From the NCBI GenBank assembly GCA_030829545.1, contig JAURAI010000001.1, positions 70,234 through 134,233 on the forward strand: DNA of 64,000 nucleotides. The letters are read 5' to 3'. Below are positions 9,877 to 19,289 of this stretch, piece by piece. Under the pieces are notes generated by a model. It had not been told where the DNA came from. It was given only the letters and a program-made list of their open reading frames with translations, and did no database searches. The position numbers and the translations under genes are program-made. Position 1 is the stretch's first letter, and each line of letters begins with the position of its first letter. The DNA comes from Poseidonia sp. (GTDB taxonomy: Archaea > Thermoplasmatota > Poseidoniia > Poseidoniales > Poseidoniaceae).

Positions 9877-11942
9877 CGCAGTGTGCGCCGTTCGCTCTGG
9901 CGCTGCCACATGTTCCAAGCCACCACTACAAAGGCAAGAAGGACGCCTGCCTGAAGAATGAAACTTGAATAGAGTCTTAATTCAGGTTCCCATGAATGAA
10001 TTTCCAAAGTTTGAATCTCCCCATCCAATTCAAAGTACACCAGATGATGCTCGAGAACCTGTGGGCCCCACTGCTCCTTTGTGTCCGAAGTCAAGATTTG
10101 CGTGGTATTTGCGTCAAGTTCGACAAAGTAAATTTCCCTATCGAGATACTTATCTTGAGGGGAAAGGGGATTGAGGTGGTCGCGAACGGACCACGCCATG
10201 ACACCGTGGCCGATGGATGGGTCTGATGCATGATATTTTGGATTGCTCGCAAGCCACTGCGTGGTGGATGAACGGTTGTAGAGAACCAAGCGGTCGGTTG
10301 CGCTTACGTTCACCGTTACGGCGAGATGCTCACGGGTAAAGGCGACGTCAACAATACTGGCGTTCTCCATGTCCACCGGCGTCAACCATGTCTCGAGGAT
10401 GGCGTCTTCTTCAGGAAGAGCAGAGGCATTGATTTCATAGGCCACTTGACCTGAAACACCCAATTGAACGATGTTCACGGTGGTCGGAGCAGCGTTGATG
10501 ACGAAGGCGATTTCTGAACCGGTGCAGGTGATGTAGCGAATATCATCGACGGGCGTTTGTGTTGGGTTGATAGAATCCCCGTTGAGGTTCATCGCCTGCA
10601 ATTCACCATTGGCCGTGTACACGATGACCGGGCTTTGAGCGAATTCACACATCAGCAGCATGTCATGTGCGGGCATCGCAATGATCGATTGGGGCGAAGC
10701 GAGATCGTTGAGATCATACGTGAAGAGATGGCTTTCATTTGTGACCACAAGGGCCTCTTGAAGAAGGGCGTAGGTCGAATTCATGTTGAGGCCAGGGACG
10801 GTGAGCCTCTCAGCCTCGTAGTCTTCCATTGAAAGGTCATGAAGCACCAGAACAACGCCTTCCGTTTGATTGTCAAGTGTGACCAACCACCCGTCGGCTG
10901 CGGCCGTTGTTTGAGGGGCTTCTACCCCGCCTGCGGGCAGTGAACGATGGGTCAAATCCCATGTGACAACTGCCATGACAACGATCAAAATTGCAACAGC
11001 CATTCTTCCCGTCTCCCTGCTGCTTGGCCTACGGTATTGCTTCCACATGATCTTGGTTCGATATTGAACAACGCCCCATGCCTTTTGGGGACGGGTGAGG
11101 ACCGTTACAATCCGAGCGTTCATCGTCCGCTCGTCAAAGAATTTCCACCATGTATTGGAGGTGCGGTCCGCCATGGAAACCGCAGCACCTGCCACGAGCA
11201 TGCCGCCGATGATGTCAACAAACCAGTGAATGCCGAGGTAAATGATGGTAAATGCGGTGAGGAGCGTGTAGGCAAGGACCGTATGTCGGTAGCGGTTCCA
11301 CCGACGGTCATCGTCAAATCGGGTCAAGCAGAGCCACACAGCGAAGGGAATCCCAATGTGAAGTGAGGGCATGCCGTTGGTAAAGGGGTCAACGCGACGA
11401 AACCAGTCGGCGATTTCGGGCGTCAAGGTGTAAGCCAGCGTTTCCATTTCGGGTATTGCATCCCCCGTAACTCGTACGTTGAAGAACAGGTAGAATGGCA
11501 CGGCAAAGATGTAAACCCAAGCAATCGAGAGGGTGACACGGTCAGCCAACCAGCGGTCATCAAAGTAGGCAAAATAGAACACCGAAACATAGCAGATGAA
11601 CATGAAACCAGCCACGTAAAAATGAGTGAGTGCTTCGGTCAACAGTGGATGTTCAAAGGTTTGCTGAACCCATAAAACCAGGTTGCCCTCAATGGCCCAA
11701 ATGTAAGGTGTCATGTCCAGCCCGGTACTCGCCATGAGGACGCGGTCGATTTGGTCAAGGCCGTCTTTCGCATTGTAAATAGCGAAGACGATGAGGATGT
11801 GAATCCAGTATCGTCGGAAAAAATCAACAAATGGAGGGAGGGATATCTTCGCCCAAGGGGGTTTGAACACTGGCAAAAGGATGACGCCGAGAGCGAGAGC
11901 GCTGATCATCCAGGTCAAGTAGACGCTCTGCATAGCACTCAC
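9867..11942 (-). CDS. PAP2-superfamily membrane phosphatase fused to a large glycosylated extracellular beta-rich domain, with a C-terminal TM anchor (691 aa)
   Basis: The N-terminal ~280 aa is polytopic and carries PAP2 motifs (GMPSLHIGIPF...HWFVDIIGG). It is followed by ~380 aa with many N-x-S/T sequons and a final hydrophobic helix (LQAGVLLAFVVVAW). Confidence 0.5.
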   Translation of the reverse strand: MSAMQSVYLTWMISALALGVILLPVFKPPWAKISLPPFVDFFRRYWIHILIVFAIYNAKDGLDQIDRVLMASTGLDMTPYIWAIEGNLVLWVQQTFEHPLLTEALTHFYVAGFMFICYVSVFYFAYFDDRWLADRVTLSIAWVYIFAVPFYLFFNVRVTGDAIPEMETLAYTLTPEIADWFRRVDPFTNGMPSLHIGIPFAVWLCLTRFDDDRRWNRYRHTVLAYTLLTAFTIIYLGIHWFVDIIGGMLVAGAAVSMADRTSNTWWKFFDERTMNARIVTVLTRPQKAWGVVQYRTKIMWKQYRRPSSRETGRMAVAILIVVMAVVTWDLTHRSLPAGGVEAPQTTAAADGWLVTLDNQTEGVVLVLHDLSMEDYEAERLTVPGLNMNSTYALLQEALVVTNESHLFTYDLNDLASPQSIIAMPAHDMLLMCEFAQSPVIVYTANGELQAMNLNGDSINPTQTPVDDIRYITCTGSEIAFVINAAPTTVNIVQLGVSGQVAYEINASALPEEDAILETWLTPVDMENASIVDVAFTREHLAVTVNVSATDRLVLYNRSSTTQWLASNPKYHASDPSIGHGVMAWSVRDHLNPLSPQDKYLDREIYFVELDANTTQILTSDTKEQWGPQVLEHHLVYFELDGEIQTLEIHSWEPELRLYSSFILQAGVLLAFVVVAWNMWQRQSERRTLRQP

Positions 11943-12011
11943 TCCGCTGGTCGGTCATGGCCTCTTCTTCATCAAGGCGTCGTCCCTATGGCCGAAATAA
12001 AGGCGTTCTCT

Positions 12012-12368
12012 CTACCATGCGCCGTGAACGTAGGGGCGGCCACGGTCGGGGTCGCGGCGAAGCGCGAGGTCGTGGATTCGCTCAAATCGGTAAATCCCGC
12101 TCGAGCAGCCCTGCTGCCATTCAAAACCAAGGGCGTATTTTCCAACCGTTCGAATGTGAGGTTTCTCAGCTGGCAAGGCTTCGATTTGACGACGAAGGGT
12201 ACGACTTGCGTCGTCGTCGTTGCGCATCGGTGAGCACTTGGCACAGGGGCAAGCATGGCGAAGGTCGTCGTACGTCACGGCGTAGGTTTTACCGTCGTCG
12301 TAGGTGAGTTCCATGTCCTGCTTTCGCCTCTCAAGTTTGGTGAGTGTAGGAAGCGTTTCACTCATCAT
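12012..12368 (-). CDS. DUF971 domain protein (gamma-butyrobetaine hydroxylase N-terminal-like)
   Basis: LTYDDGKTYAVTYDDLRHACPCAKC matches the DUF971 Cys-pair signature. It sits immediately downstream of the Mrp/ApbC ATPase, as in plant HCF101 fusions. Confidence 0.65.
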   Translation of the reverse strand: MMSETLPTLTKLERRKQDMELTYDDGKTYAVTYDDLRHACPCAKCSPMRNDDDASRTLRRQIEALPAEKPHIRTVGKYALGFEWQQGCSSGIYRFERIHDLALRRDPDRGRPYVHGAW

Positions 12369-12374
12369 TTCACC

Positions 12375-13385
12375 TCAAATGATTTCCAATCCGCCGTCCG
12401 AACCGTCCGAAAGTTGGTCTTGGATGGCTGCAACGACTTTGGCGAAGGCAGTAGCGGAAGGGCCGTCCGGTTCTGAAACAATCCGATGAACACCGTCATC
12501 CCCGCCCCGAACAAAGCCTGGGTCAAAGGGTAGGGCACCGAGGAAAGGTACGCCAAATTCTTCCGCAGTCGATTTGCCACCTCCTTCTTTGAAGATGTCG
12601 AGGGTGAAGGAGAAGTTACCTTCCCCGTCAGCTGATGTCGTGATGGTTTTTCCACCCGGTGCGGCGACGGAAAACTCGCTACCTGGCGAAGCGGTACCGC
12701 GCACGGTGAAGCCGCTCATGTTCTCAACCACACCAATCACTGGAACCTTCAAGGATTCTGAAAAGGTGATGGACTTGCGACTGTCCAAAAGAGCAACCTG
12801 CTGAGGTGTGGTCACAATGACCATGCCGTCAATATCGGGGAGCGATTGAGCAACGGTAAGAGGTTCATCGGATGTACCCGGTGGGAAATCGATGACGAGG
12901 TAATCCAATTCTCCCCACTCGACATCACCGATGAATTGCTGGATAGCACCCAATTTGATGGGGCCTCGCCATACGACGGGGGTGTCTTCGTCTTCGAGTA
13001 AAAAGGCCATGCTGATGACTTTCACGCCCAAGTGGCCTTGGGCGGGATGAATGCGCTTATTCTCAACGTGAAGCCGACGGCCATCAAGCCCCATCATCTT
13101 TGGAACATTGGGGCCTGTAATATCGATATCAAGAATGCCCACAGCATACCCTTGTTGGGCAAGAGAAAGGGCGAGCCCGGTAGAAACGGTTGATTTGCCA
13201 ACCCCACCTTTGCCCGAAAGAACCATAATTTTGTGTTTGATATTGCGGCCAATCTCTTCCATTGCCATCTTTCGCTTCATTTGTGCATAAGCCTGTTCCA
13301 TCTGTTTTTGCTCTTGAGGCGACGGTCCTGCTGGTGCAGCATCGTCGCTTCCTGGGTTCGTGATGGTTACGGGTGAATCCGCCAT
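12375..13385 (-). CDS. apbC: Fe-S cluster carrier ATPase Mrp/ApbC/NBP35
   Basis: GKGGVGKST Walker A, a CxxC near the C-terminal half and ParA/MinD-family architecture. Confidence 0.85.
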   Translation of the reverse strand: MADSPVTITNPGSDDAAPAGPSPQEQKQMEQAYAQMKRKMAMEEIGRNIKHKIMVLSGKGGVGKSTVSTGLALSLAQQGYAVGILDIDITGPNVPKMMGLDGRRLHVENKRIHPAQGHLGVKVISMAFLLEDEDTPVVWRGPIKLGAIQQFIGDVEWGELDYLVIDFPPGTSDEPLTVAQSLPDIDGMVIVTTPQQVALLDSRKSITFSESLKVPVIGVVENMSGFTVRGTASPGSEFSVAAPGGKTITTSADGEGNFSFTLDIFKEGGGKSTAEEFGVPFLGALPFDPGFVRGGDDGVHRIVSEPDGPSATAFAKVVAAIQDQLSDGSDGGLEII

Positions 13386-13405
13386 GCTCCAACCATCCTA
13401 CAGGG

Positions 13406-13780
13406 CTACTTCAACCCACCCACACTGGAGTGTGCATCATCGGCTAAGGTCATGTGCATCCAGCCCTGAACGCTCGCAGTGATTCCAACGAAGACAATGA
13501 CCGTGAAGATGTTCCACGACATCCCTCCGTAGGCCCATGCCAAACCAAGCGTCAACGGAAGAGCAGGGATGGTAGCCATTCCATTGGTGCGCCTGCGCTC
13601 AAGCCTCGAAGGAGCGTCTTGAATCCACACGGTCAGAGGTCCAAAGAAGAAAATTTGGAAGGTGATGGAAAGAGCAACAAGACGGAATAGGAGGTGCCAT
13701 TCAAGCGAGGCCGCTACAACATGCATTGCGAAAAGACCTGCAAACGTGCCCAGATTGACACCGAATGCTTTCCAAGGCAC
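13406..13780 (-). CDS. Small hypothetical membrane protein (4 TM)
   Basis: Hydrophobicity pattern only. Confidence 0.4.
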   Translation of the reverse strand: MPWKAFGVNLGTFAGLFAMHVVAASLEWHLLFRLVALSITFQIFFFGPLTVWIQDAPSRLERRRTNGMATIPALPLTLGLAWAYGGMSWNIFTVIVFVGITASVQGWMHMTLADDAHSSVGGLK

Positions 13781-13860
13781 ATGGCGATGTCGAGGGCCTT
13801 GTATGTGAAATCATGCTTCTAAAGAGAAAGCCTTGATAGGTACTCACAGTCTCCTTTCCT

Positions 13861-14241
13861 TTGATGAAAGTCCTCTTTGTATGTGTTGGAAACTCATGTC
13901 GCTCCCAAATGGCTGAAGGGCTCGCTTGCGAGATGGGATTTGACGCCAGTTCGGCAGGTACACACCCTGCGGATGAGGTTGCCATCAATGCCAAGCGCTT
14001 CCTTGAGGGACGCGGCATTGACACCAGCGAATTAACACCGAAGATCGTCGACCAATTCAAAGCAGAAGACTTCGACATAGTCATCTCAATGGGCTGTGGA
14101 GTTCACTGCCCCGTGATGCGCATCGATGAGGATTGGGAACTCGAAGACCCTGTCGGGCAAGCCTATGAGGTGTACGAAGCAACTGCAGCGGAAATTGAAC
14201 GCCGCCTCAAGCTGCTGCTCACTCACTCCTCTTCGGATTGA
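13861..14241 (+). CDS. Low-molecular-weight phosphotyrosine phosphatase family protein (ArsC-type arsenate reductase / LMW-PTP)
   Basis: VLFVCVGNSCRSQMAEG contains the CX5R(S) P-loop of the LMW-PTP/ArsC family. Confidence 0.75.
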   Translation: MMKVLFVCVGNSCRSQMAEGLACEMGFDASSAGTHPADEVAINAKRFLEGRGIDTSELTPKIVDQFKAEDFDIVISMGCGVHCPVMRIDEDWELEDPVGQAYEVYEATAAEIERRLKLLLTHSSSD

Positions 14242-14546
14242 GGAACGTCGCCCACGCCGTCAAGGTCGATGCGAAGAACGCTAACGGTTCGCATGGTGCC
14301 GCCTTCGGTCGGTACTTCTTCAGAACCGCATTCAATGTGCTGGATGTGAATTGTTGCAGGCAAACTTTGTGCAATGTGTCCGTTTCTTCGTCGGCAAATC
14401 TCAGCAACATCAACGGCGCGAGAGATGGTCGCCCCACGTGCGACGAGTTGAATAGCACGATCTCCGGCCTCCATCGCCATCACAACGGCGCGTACATAGG
14501 CGTGCAGGGGTTTTTTTCCAATGAAAATGGTTCGGCGGTCAGTCAT
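14223..14546 (-). CDS. albA: DNA/RNA-binding chromatin protein Alba
   Basis: IFIGKKPLHAYVRAVVMAMEAGDRAIQLVARGATISRAVDVAEI closely matches Alba/Sso10b. The start is placed at the internal ATG (MTDRR...); the track start at 14600 is TTG. Confidence 0.8.
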   Translation of the reverse strand: MTDRRTIFIGKKPLHAYVRAVVMAMEAGDRAIQLVARGATISRAVDVAEICRRRNGHIAQSLPATIHIQHIECGSEEVPTEGGTMRTVSVLRIDLDGVGDVPQSEEE

Positions 14547-14633
14547 GGGGCTCTCCATACGAACCTTGGGCAATTCACCCCATAAAATTTGACAATTCAA
14601 CGACCAAAAGAGGCTCGCCGTAGGTCAAAGAGT

Positions 14634-14705
14634 GCGAGCGCCGGGACTCGAACCCGGGTTCAGGCGTTGGCAACGCCCGGTGATAACCACTACACTACGC
14701 TCGCT
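14634..14705 (-). tRNA. tRNA-Gly (anticodon GCC)
   Basis: I hand-folded a 72-nt cloverleaf on the reverse strand: 7-bp acceptor stem GCGAGCG/CGCTCGC, anticodon stem GGGCG/CGCCT with loop TTGCCAA, T-arm CCGGG-TTCGAGT-CCCGG, discriminator A. No CCA is encoded. Confidence 0.8.
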
Positions 14706-14804
14706 CGCATGCTTGCGACTTGGAGGGAGTTTAAACCATTGTCGGCGTGAACCTTAGCGTGCCTTCGGCTCACAGTGCGTCAGTTACAGGGGAGACCATA
14801 GGTT

Positions 14805-17800
14805 CTATTGCATACCGAAACGGTCGTTGCCCCCGTCGTTGCCTTCGTTGCTTCGCATGAGAAGCGCAAGAACCAGGCCCGCGGCGAGAAGAATACCGAC
14901 CCCCACGAGCGCTAGAACCGCTAGGCTCAAACCTCCACTGCCATCCACTGGGGAATCGGATTGGGAAAGTTCGATGACGGCGTCACCAAGATTGACTTCT
15001 CCGTAGATATCAAAGGCGCGCAGTGAAATCTCATGAAACCCAAGAGGTGTCCCTGCGCGAACTGAAAGCAGAGCAGTATAATTTCCATCACCTGCTACTT
15101 CATCTCCGCCATTGAGCCCGTCATCGTACATCAAAACCCACGATGTGATGCCGACTGGGGAATACACTGCCATGTTGATTTGCACCCGTTCAATACCGTC
15201 TGGGTCGCTCACAGTGACGGAATATGGAATGTTTTCGAGGTCACCTTTGTTGATGGCAAAAGGCTGTGTTACAATCGTCGGGCGGTCGTTGAGAATGGTC
15301 ACCTCAATGGATGACTCACCTCTGCCGTTGACGTGATGGGGCCCAAAGAAGGGATGTCCAACCGCCTCAGAAGTTTGCATCCACGTGCGATAGGACCCAC
15401 TGGCGCCGAGCTGGTCGGTAAGAGAGACAAGCAGACTTTGGTCACCAGGCGTCATGCCAACTGGCATTGAAGCCATCGTTGCCCAGACATTGCCACTCTT
15501 GTTCAACGAGATCATCGGACCACCGTATTCCCGAAGATCCAGATTCACACTTTCTACACCGTGACCGTCGTATGCCTCGATGTTCAGAACGATGGATTGG
15601 CCCCGCTCGAGAGTCGAGGGGACCAATTCAACCGAGGTCATGCGGGGTGCTTGATTGACCACGAGAATGGAGCCTGAAGCGGAACTGCTTGCTCCAAAAG
15701 CATCGCTTGCTGTGACATTGAGAACCACGTCTCCAACCTCCAACCCTTGGACGACGATGGCAGTTGTAAAGACATCATCACCGACCGCCAAATCGCCTTC
15801 AAGCCCTCGGTCGTTGAGGGTTACGATGTCACCGCCAATTGGGCGCAAGTCAACTTCAACCGTTTCGAGGTTCCATTCTGAATCTTGAACGACAACTTCG
15901 AGATGGGCGATGCTACCCCCTTCTCCGAGAATGAGTCCTTCTTGCAAGCGAAGTTCACCGATCACAGGTGGAGAATTCTCGTCTTCACTCACAATGGAAG
16001 GCGACAGCACACGCTCGAGGTATTGCGATTCGACCACGGTCACCGTTTCATTTGATTCACCAAATGGAATTGACAAGGTGCGTTCCGTGCTGGAGAGGAG
16101 GCCCTGAAGTGGACCCACTGAAACGATGGTTCCAGAGGCCTGTCCTGATTCACCCGACCCACCATAGGAACCAGACCATTCGATCACCGAGAGGTTGTGC
16201 CCGTCTCGAGTGTCAATGCGAGGTATGCCTGCGCTGACCGTCAGCGTCAATCCATCCTGCTCGTCCAAACGCAGTCGGTCATGTTGAATCATGGGAATCG
16301 GCATGAGGCCGGTTTCACGGCCAACGGTCAAATCCCCCAAGCCATCTTCGGCTTGGGGAGCACTCGCATTTTGCTGAATTGGACTGCGTTCGGGTCGCTC
16401 ATCACCTTCCGATGCATCGGCTCCAGTTTCTCTCCAAACAAGGCGGACGGTACGGTTATCCCAATCGGAATTCACAACTTGGTAGTCCCAAGTTTCATTG
16501 TGCGTAGCGCCAAGCCCAGCACCGTCAAAGAAATTGCCGCCGTTAATACCGGTGATGTTGAACCAGGATTCTTGATAGATGACATTCACCATGAACACTT
16601 CTTCTGTTGCATTGGCTTGAAGCCCGGTCTCTTCAATTCCACGAAGGACGCCAAACGTACCCTGAACATCTCCTGAGAGCGTTCCGTCCACGTGGAGGTC
16701 ATCAATCAGTGTCGTACCGTTGACGATTTTGGTGTGGAGGTCCAGAATGCTTCCGTTGACCATGACCGACGCATTTTCATCTTGATCTTCAAAACCAAAA
16801 GTTCCACTGCCGTACAACTCTTCATGGTGTTGGATGCGAACACCCTCTTCCCAGTGCTCAAGCGTTGTGAATCCGTCCAATGAGACATCCAAACGGGTGC
16901 CATCGTCGATGAGAACGAAGTCTGCCATGGCTTCAAATTGTGTGCGCTGAAGAATGCGTTCACCGTCTACATCGTGATATTGGAAGTAGAATACCGAGAG
17001 TTCACCGTCGATATTGAGACTCGAGTTGTCGTCATCCTCTGAAACATTGAGGTCACCAGTTGCTTCGAGAAGGAGACTTTCTTCAATCACGCCTTCAAAC
17101 AAGGAACGATTCAGATGGGCTTGTGATACATCAGCATGAATCACCGTAACGGTTTCCCCGTCGAGAACGGTTGTATCCAATGAGCCGTACCCACGGGCAT
17201 CAAAGATTTGGGAGGTAAGAATACCTCCAACGATCGTTTCGTTTTTCCAGAGTTGAGTGAAGACGAGATCGAGGTCGGTTTGTCCATCATCGGTTGATTC
17301 CAATGTTTGGAAGCTCCCGTTCCCAAGTTCCCAAGAATTGAGGACTTCACCGGTACGCTGTTGCCATCCCTGTCCGTCAAAGACCAGAGAAAAACGTTGT
17401 TCACCCTCTTCAGTGGTGTAGTTTTGGTCCATGGACCACGATGTTGAAAGCAAGACTTCGTGGTCATCCATGGGTTGATTCCAAACACCTACCACCATGC
17501 TGCGTTCTTTTGAAACACTTATCGGCATCGTGTTGTGGCTGGTAATGTCCACGCCCAAATCGATGGTATCACCCCATTGGAGGCTCGTGTTGAAGGTCAA
17601 CAGGGCCGTTCGCATCCCGTCCTCATGGCCCCACTCGAGTTGATGGTCCGTATCGAGAGCGACTTGGTCGCGTTGATGAAGCATGTTGATGTCCAAGCCG
17701 TAGGTTCCATTGTCCGAAAAAGTCAGCAGATAGGCGTGTTCGTTGGCACCATTACCGCTGGGCAACCAGTGGGTGTTGATGTCCACAGACGGAGCAGTAG

Positions 17801-17882
17801 CCTCTTCTGCTTGAATCGGCATTGTTGAAAGGATGAACATGCAAAGAAGACCAATACAAAGGCCTCGCCGCATGCTGTTCAT
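14805..17882 (-). CDS. Large secreted cell-surface glycoprotein (1025 aa) with an N-terminal signal peptide, C-terminal TM anchor and numerous N-x-S/T sequons
   Basis: Signal peptide MNSMRRGLCIGLLCMFILSTMPIQA. C-terminal anchor LSLAVLALVGVGILLAAGLVLALLMRS followed by a short charged tail. The rest is beta-rich and low in Cys. Confidence 0.5.
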   Translation of the reverse strand: MNSMRRGLCIGLLCMFILSTMPIQAEEATAPSVDINTHWLPSGNGANEHAYLLTFSDNGTYGLDINMLHQRDQVALDTDHQLEWGHEDGMRTALLTFNTSLQWGDTIDLGVDITSHNTMPISVSKERSMVVGVWNQPMDDHEVLLSTSWSMDQNYTTEEGEQRFSLVFDGQGWQQRTGEVLNSWELGNGSFQTLESTDDGQTDLDLVFTQLWKNETIVGGILTSQIFDARGYGSLDTTVLDGETVTVIHADVSQAHLNRSLFEGVIEESLLLEATGDLNVSEDDDNSSLNIDGELSVFYFQYHDVDGERILQRTQFEAMADFVLIDDGTRLDVSLDGFTTLEHWEEGVRIQHHEELYGSGTFGFEDQDENASVMVNGSILDLHTKIVNGTTLIDDLHVDGTLSGDVQGTFGVLRGIEETGLQANATEEVFMVNVIYQESWFNITGINGGNFFDGAGLGATHNETWDYQVVNSDWDNRTVRLVWRETGADASEGDERPERSPIQQNASAPQAEDGLGDLTVGRETGLMPIPMIQHDRLRLDEQDGLTLTVSAGIPRIDTRDGHNLSVIEWSGSYGGSGESGQASGTIVSVGPLQGLLSSTERTLSIPFGESNETVTVVESQYLERVLSPSIVSEDENSPPVIGELRLQEGLILGEGGSIAHLEVVVQDSEWNLETVEVDLRPIGGDIVTLNDRGLEGDLAVGDDVFTTAIVVQGLEVGDVVLNVTASDAFGASSSASGSILVVNQAPRMTSVELVPSTLERGQSIVLNIEAYDGHGVESVNLDLREYGGPMISLNKSGNVWATMASMPVGMTPGDQSLLVSLTDQLGASGSYRTWMQTSEAVGHPFFGPHHVNGRGESSIEVTILNDRPTIVTQPFAINKGDLENIPYSVTVSDPDGIERVQINMAVYSPVGITSWVLMYDDGLNGGDEVAGDGNYTALLSVRAGTPLGFHEISLRAFDIYGEVNLGDAVIELSQSDSPVDGSGGLSLAVLALVGVGILLAAGLVLALLMRSNEGNDGGNDRFGMQ

Positions 17883-17932
17883 GTAGAGAAGGTGGTGATG
17901 CTCCCCTTCAAGACTTTGGGTGTCTTGATTCC

Positions 17933-19012
17933 TCAGAGGTCAAGAACATAGCCAAACAAGAGCGGCAGAACAATCGTTGCATCGCTGTTGATATTGTACT
18001 TCGGGGTGTCCACTGCAAGTTTGCCCCATGTTATTTTCTCATTGGGTGGAGCGCCCGAATAACCTCCATAGGACGCCGTAGCGTCGGTAATCTGGGCAAA
18101 CCAAGACCACAGAGGGACGATGTTCTCGAGGTCTTGGTGAAGCAAAGGAACGACACAGATGGGGAAGTCACCAGCGATTCCTCCTCCGGATTGAAGGAAG
18201 GCGAGCGGGCGTGTTTGGTTTTTGTAAAACTCGATGAGGTGGAGCATGTAATGCGTCCCCGAAGCGATGATTTCAGGCTTCACCACACCTTGAGAACAGC
18301 GCGCTGCGAAGATGTTACCGAGCGTAGAATCCTCCCAACCCGGAACGTACAGAGGGAGCTTCGCTCTGGCTGCTTCCAAAAGCCAGGAATGAGGTGCATC
18401 GTCAGAATTCACAGCGTCCAGACCATCAGAAAGCAGCAATTCGTAGAGGTATTCATGTGGCATTGCGGTGGTAGATTCTTGACTTGCTTTCGCCCACAAG
18501 GTCATGAGGTGGTCTTCGATATGCCGAATCGCCTCTTCTTCGGGAATACACGTGTCCGTGACACGATTGAGGCGTCGCTCCAAGAGCAGTGCCTCATCAT
18601 CAGGGCTGAGATCGGCATAATTTGGAAGGTGGACATAATGCTCACCCGCAACCAATTTGAACAAATCTTCTTCCATGTTAGCGCCCGTACACGAAATAGC
18701 AGCAACATGACCCTGGCGAATCATCTGGGCCAAACTGCGCCCAATTTCAGCCGTGCTCATCGCTCCAGCAAGCGTGAGGAAAAGTTTCCCTTCACCGTTG
18801 AGGAGGTCGGTCAGTGATGCACTTGCACGCTGCAGTTCTCCTGCATTGAAATGGCGAAAATGTTCGTTGACAAAGGCTCGTATATTCACGATTTCACGCT
18901 CCAGTGGAAAATCGCTCAACCCGTTCTCTCTTGACCAATACAAGTCCTGGCATCGCTTCCATAAGGGCGGCATGAAGGTCATCAGCCACCGCATCCGGAT
19001 CGGTTTGACCAC
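17933..19012 (-). CDS. dys: Deoxyhypusine synthase
   Basis: ISCTGANMEEDL, SGGGIAGDFPICVV and YGGYSGAPPNEKITWGKL are DHS motifs. The first ~115 nt of the track ORF overlap the AdoMetDC gene, so the true start is probably an internal or non-ATG codon near 18900-18990. Confidence 0.8.
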   Translation of the reverse strand: MVKPIRMRWLMTFMPPLWKRCQDLYWSRENGLSDFPLEREIVNIRAFVNEHFRHFNAGELQRASASLTDLLNGEGKLFLTLAGAMSTAEIGRSLAQMIRQGHVAAISCTGANMEEDLFKLVAGEHYVHLPNYADLSPDDEALLLERRLNRVTDTCIPEEEAIRHIEDHLMTLWAKASQESTTAMPHEYLYELLLSDGLDAVNSDDAPHSWLLEAARAKLPLYVPGWEDSTLGNIFAARCSQGVVKPEIIASGTHYMLHLIEFYKNQTRPLAFLQSGGGIAGDFPICVVPLLHQDLENIVPLWSWFAQITDATASYGGYSGAPPNEKITWGKLAVDTPKYNINSDATIVLPLLFGYVLDL

Positions 19013-19280
19013 AGGTAAAACAATCCACGGCTAACAAACCCCGGTCAGCGTAACAGTGAGCCGATAGGTGACTTTCGTCGATCAGAACGACTGCAGCAAA
19101 ACCCGGTGGTGAAGTGCTGCCGTCGAAAGGGACGGCTTTTGAATGGACCTCAGTGGCTGGGCTGCGTTCGACGGCCGCCCTCATAAGTTCGAGGACGTGA
19201 ACATGTGCGGTATCATCTGAAAAAAAGGCACCTGTGTAGTCCATGAATACATGCGCACCAGCATTTTGAGTTGATTTCAT
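18894..19280 (-). CDS. speH: S-adenosylmethionine decarboxylase proenzyme (class I, SpeH/SpeD-type)
   Basis: VVLIDESHLSAHCYADRGLLAVDCFTCG contains the self-cleavage Ser region of AdoMetDC. Confidence 0.8.
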   Translation of the reverse strand: MKSTQNAGAHVFMDYTGAFFSDDTAHVHVLELMRAAVERSPATEVHSKAVPFDGSTSPPGFAAVVLIDESHLSAHCYADRGLLAVDCFTCGQTDPDAVADDLHAALMEAMPGLVLVKRERVERFSTGA

Positions 19281-19289
19281 GCTATCACC

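Noticed and set aside
11957-12307. Arg-rich 116-aa forward ORF
   Set aside because: Antisense to the DUF971 gene and upstream region. Low-complexity RRR/GRG composition typical of a GC-rich shadow frame.
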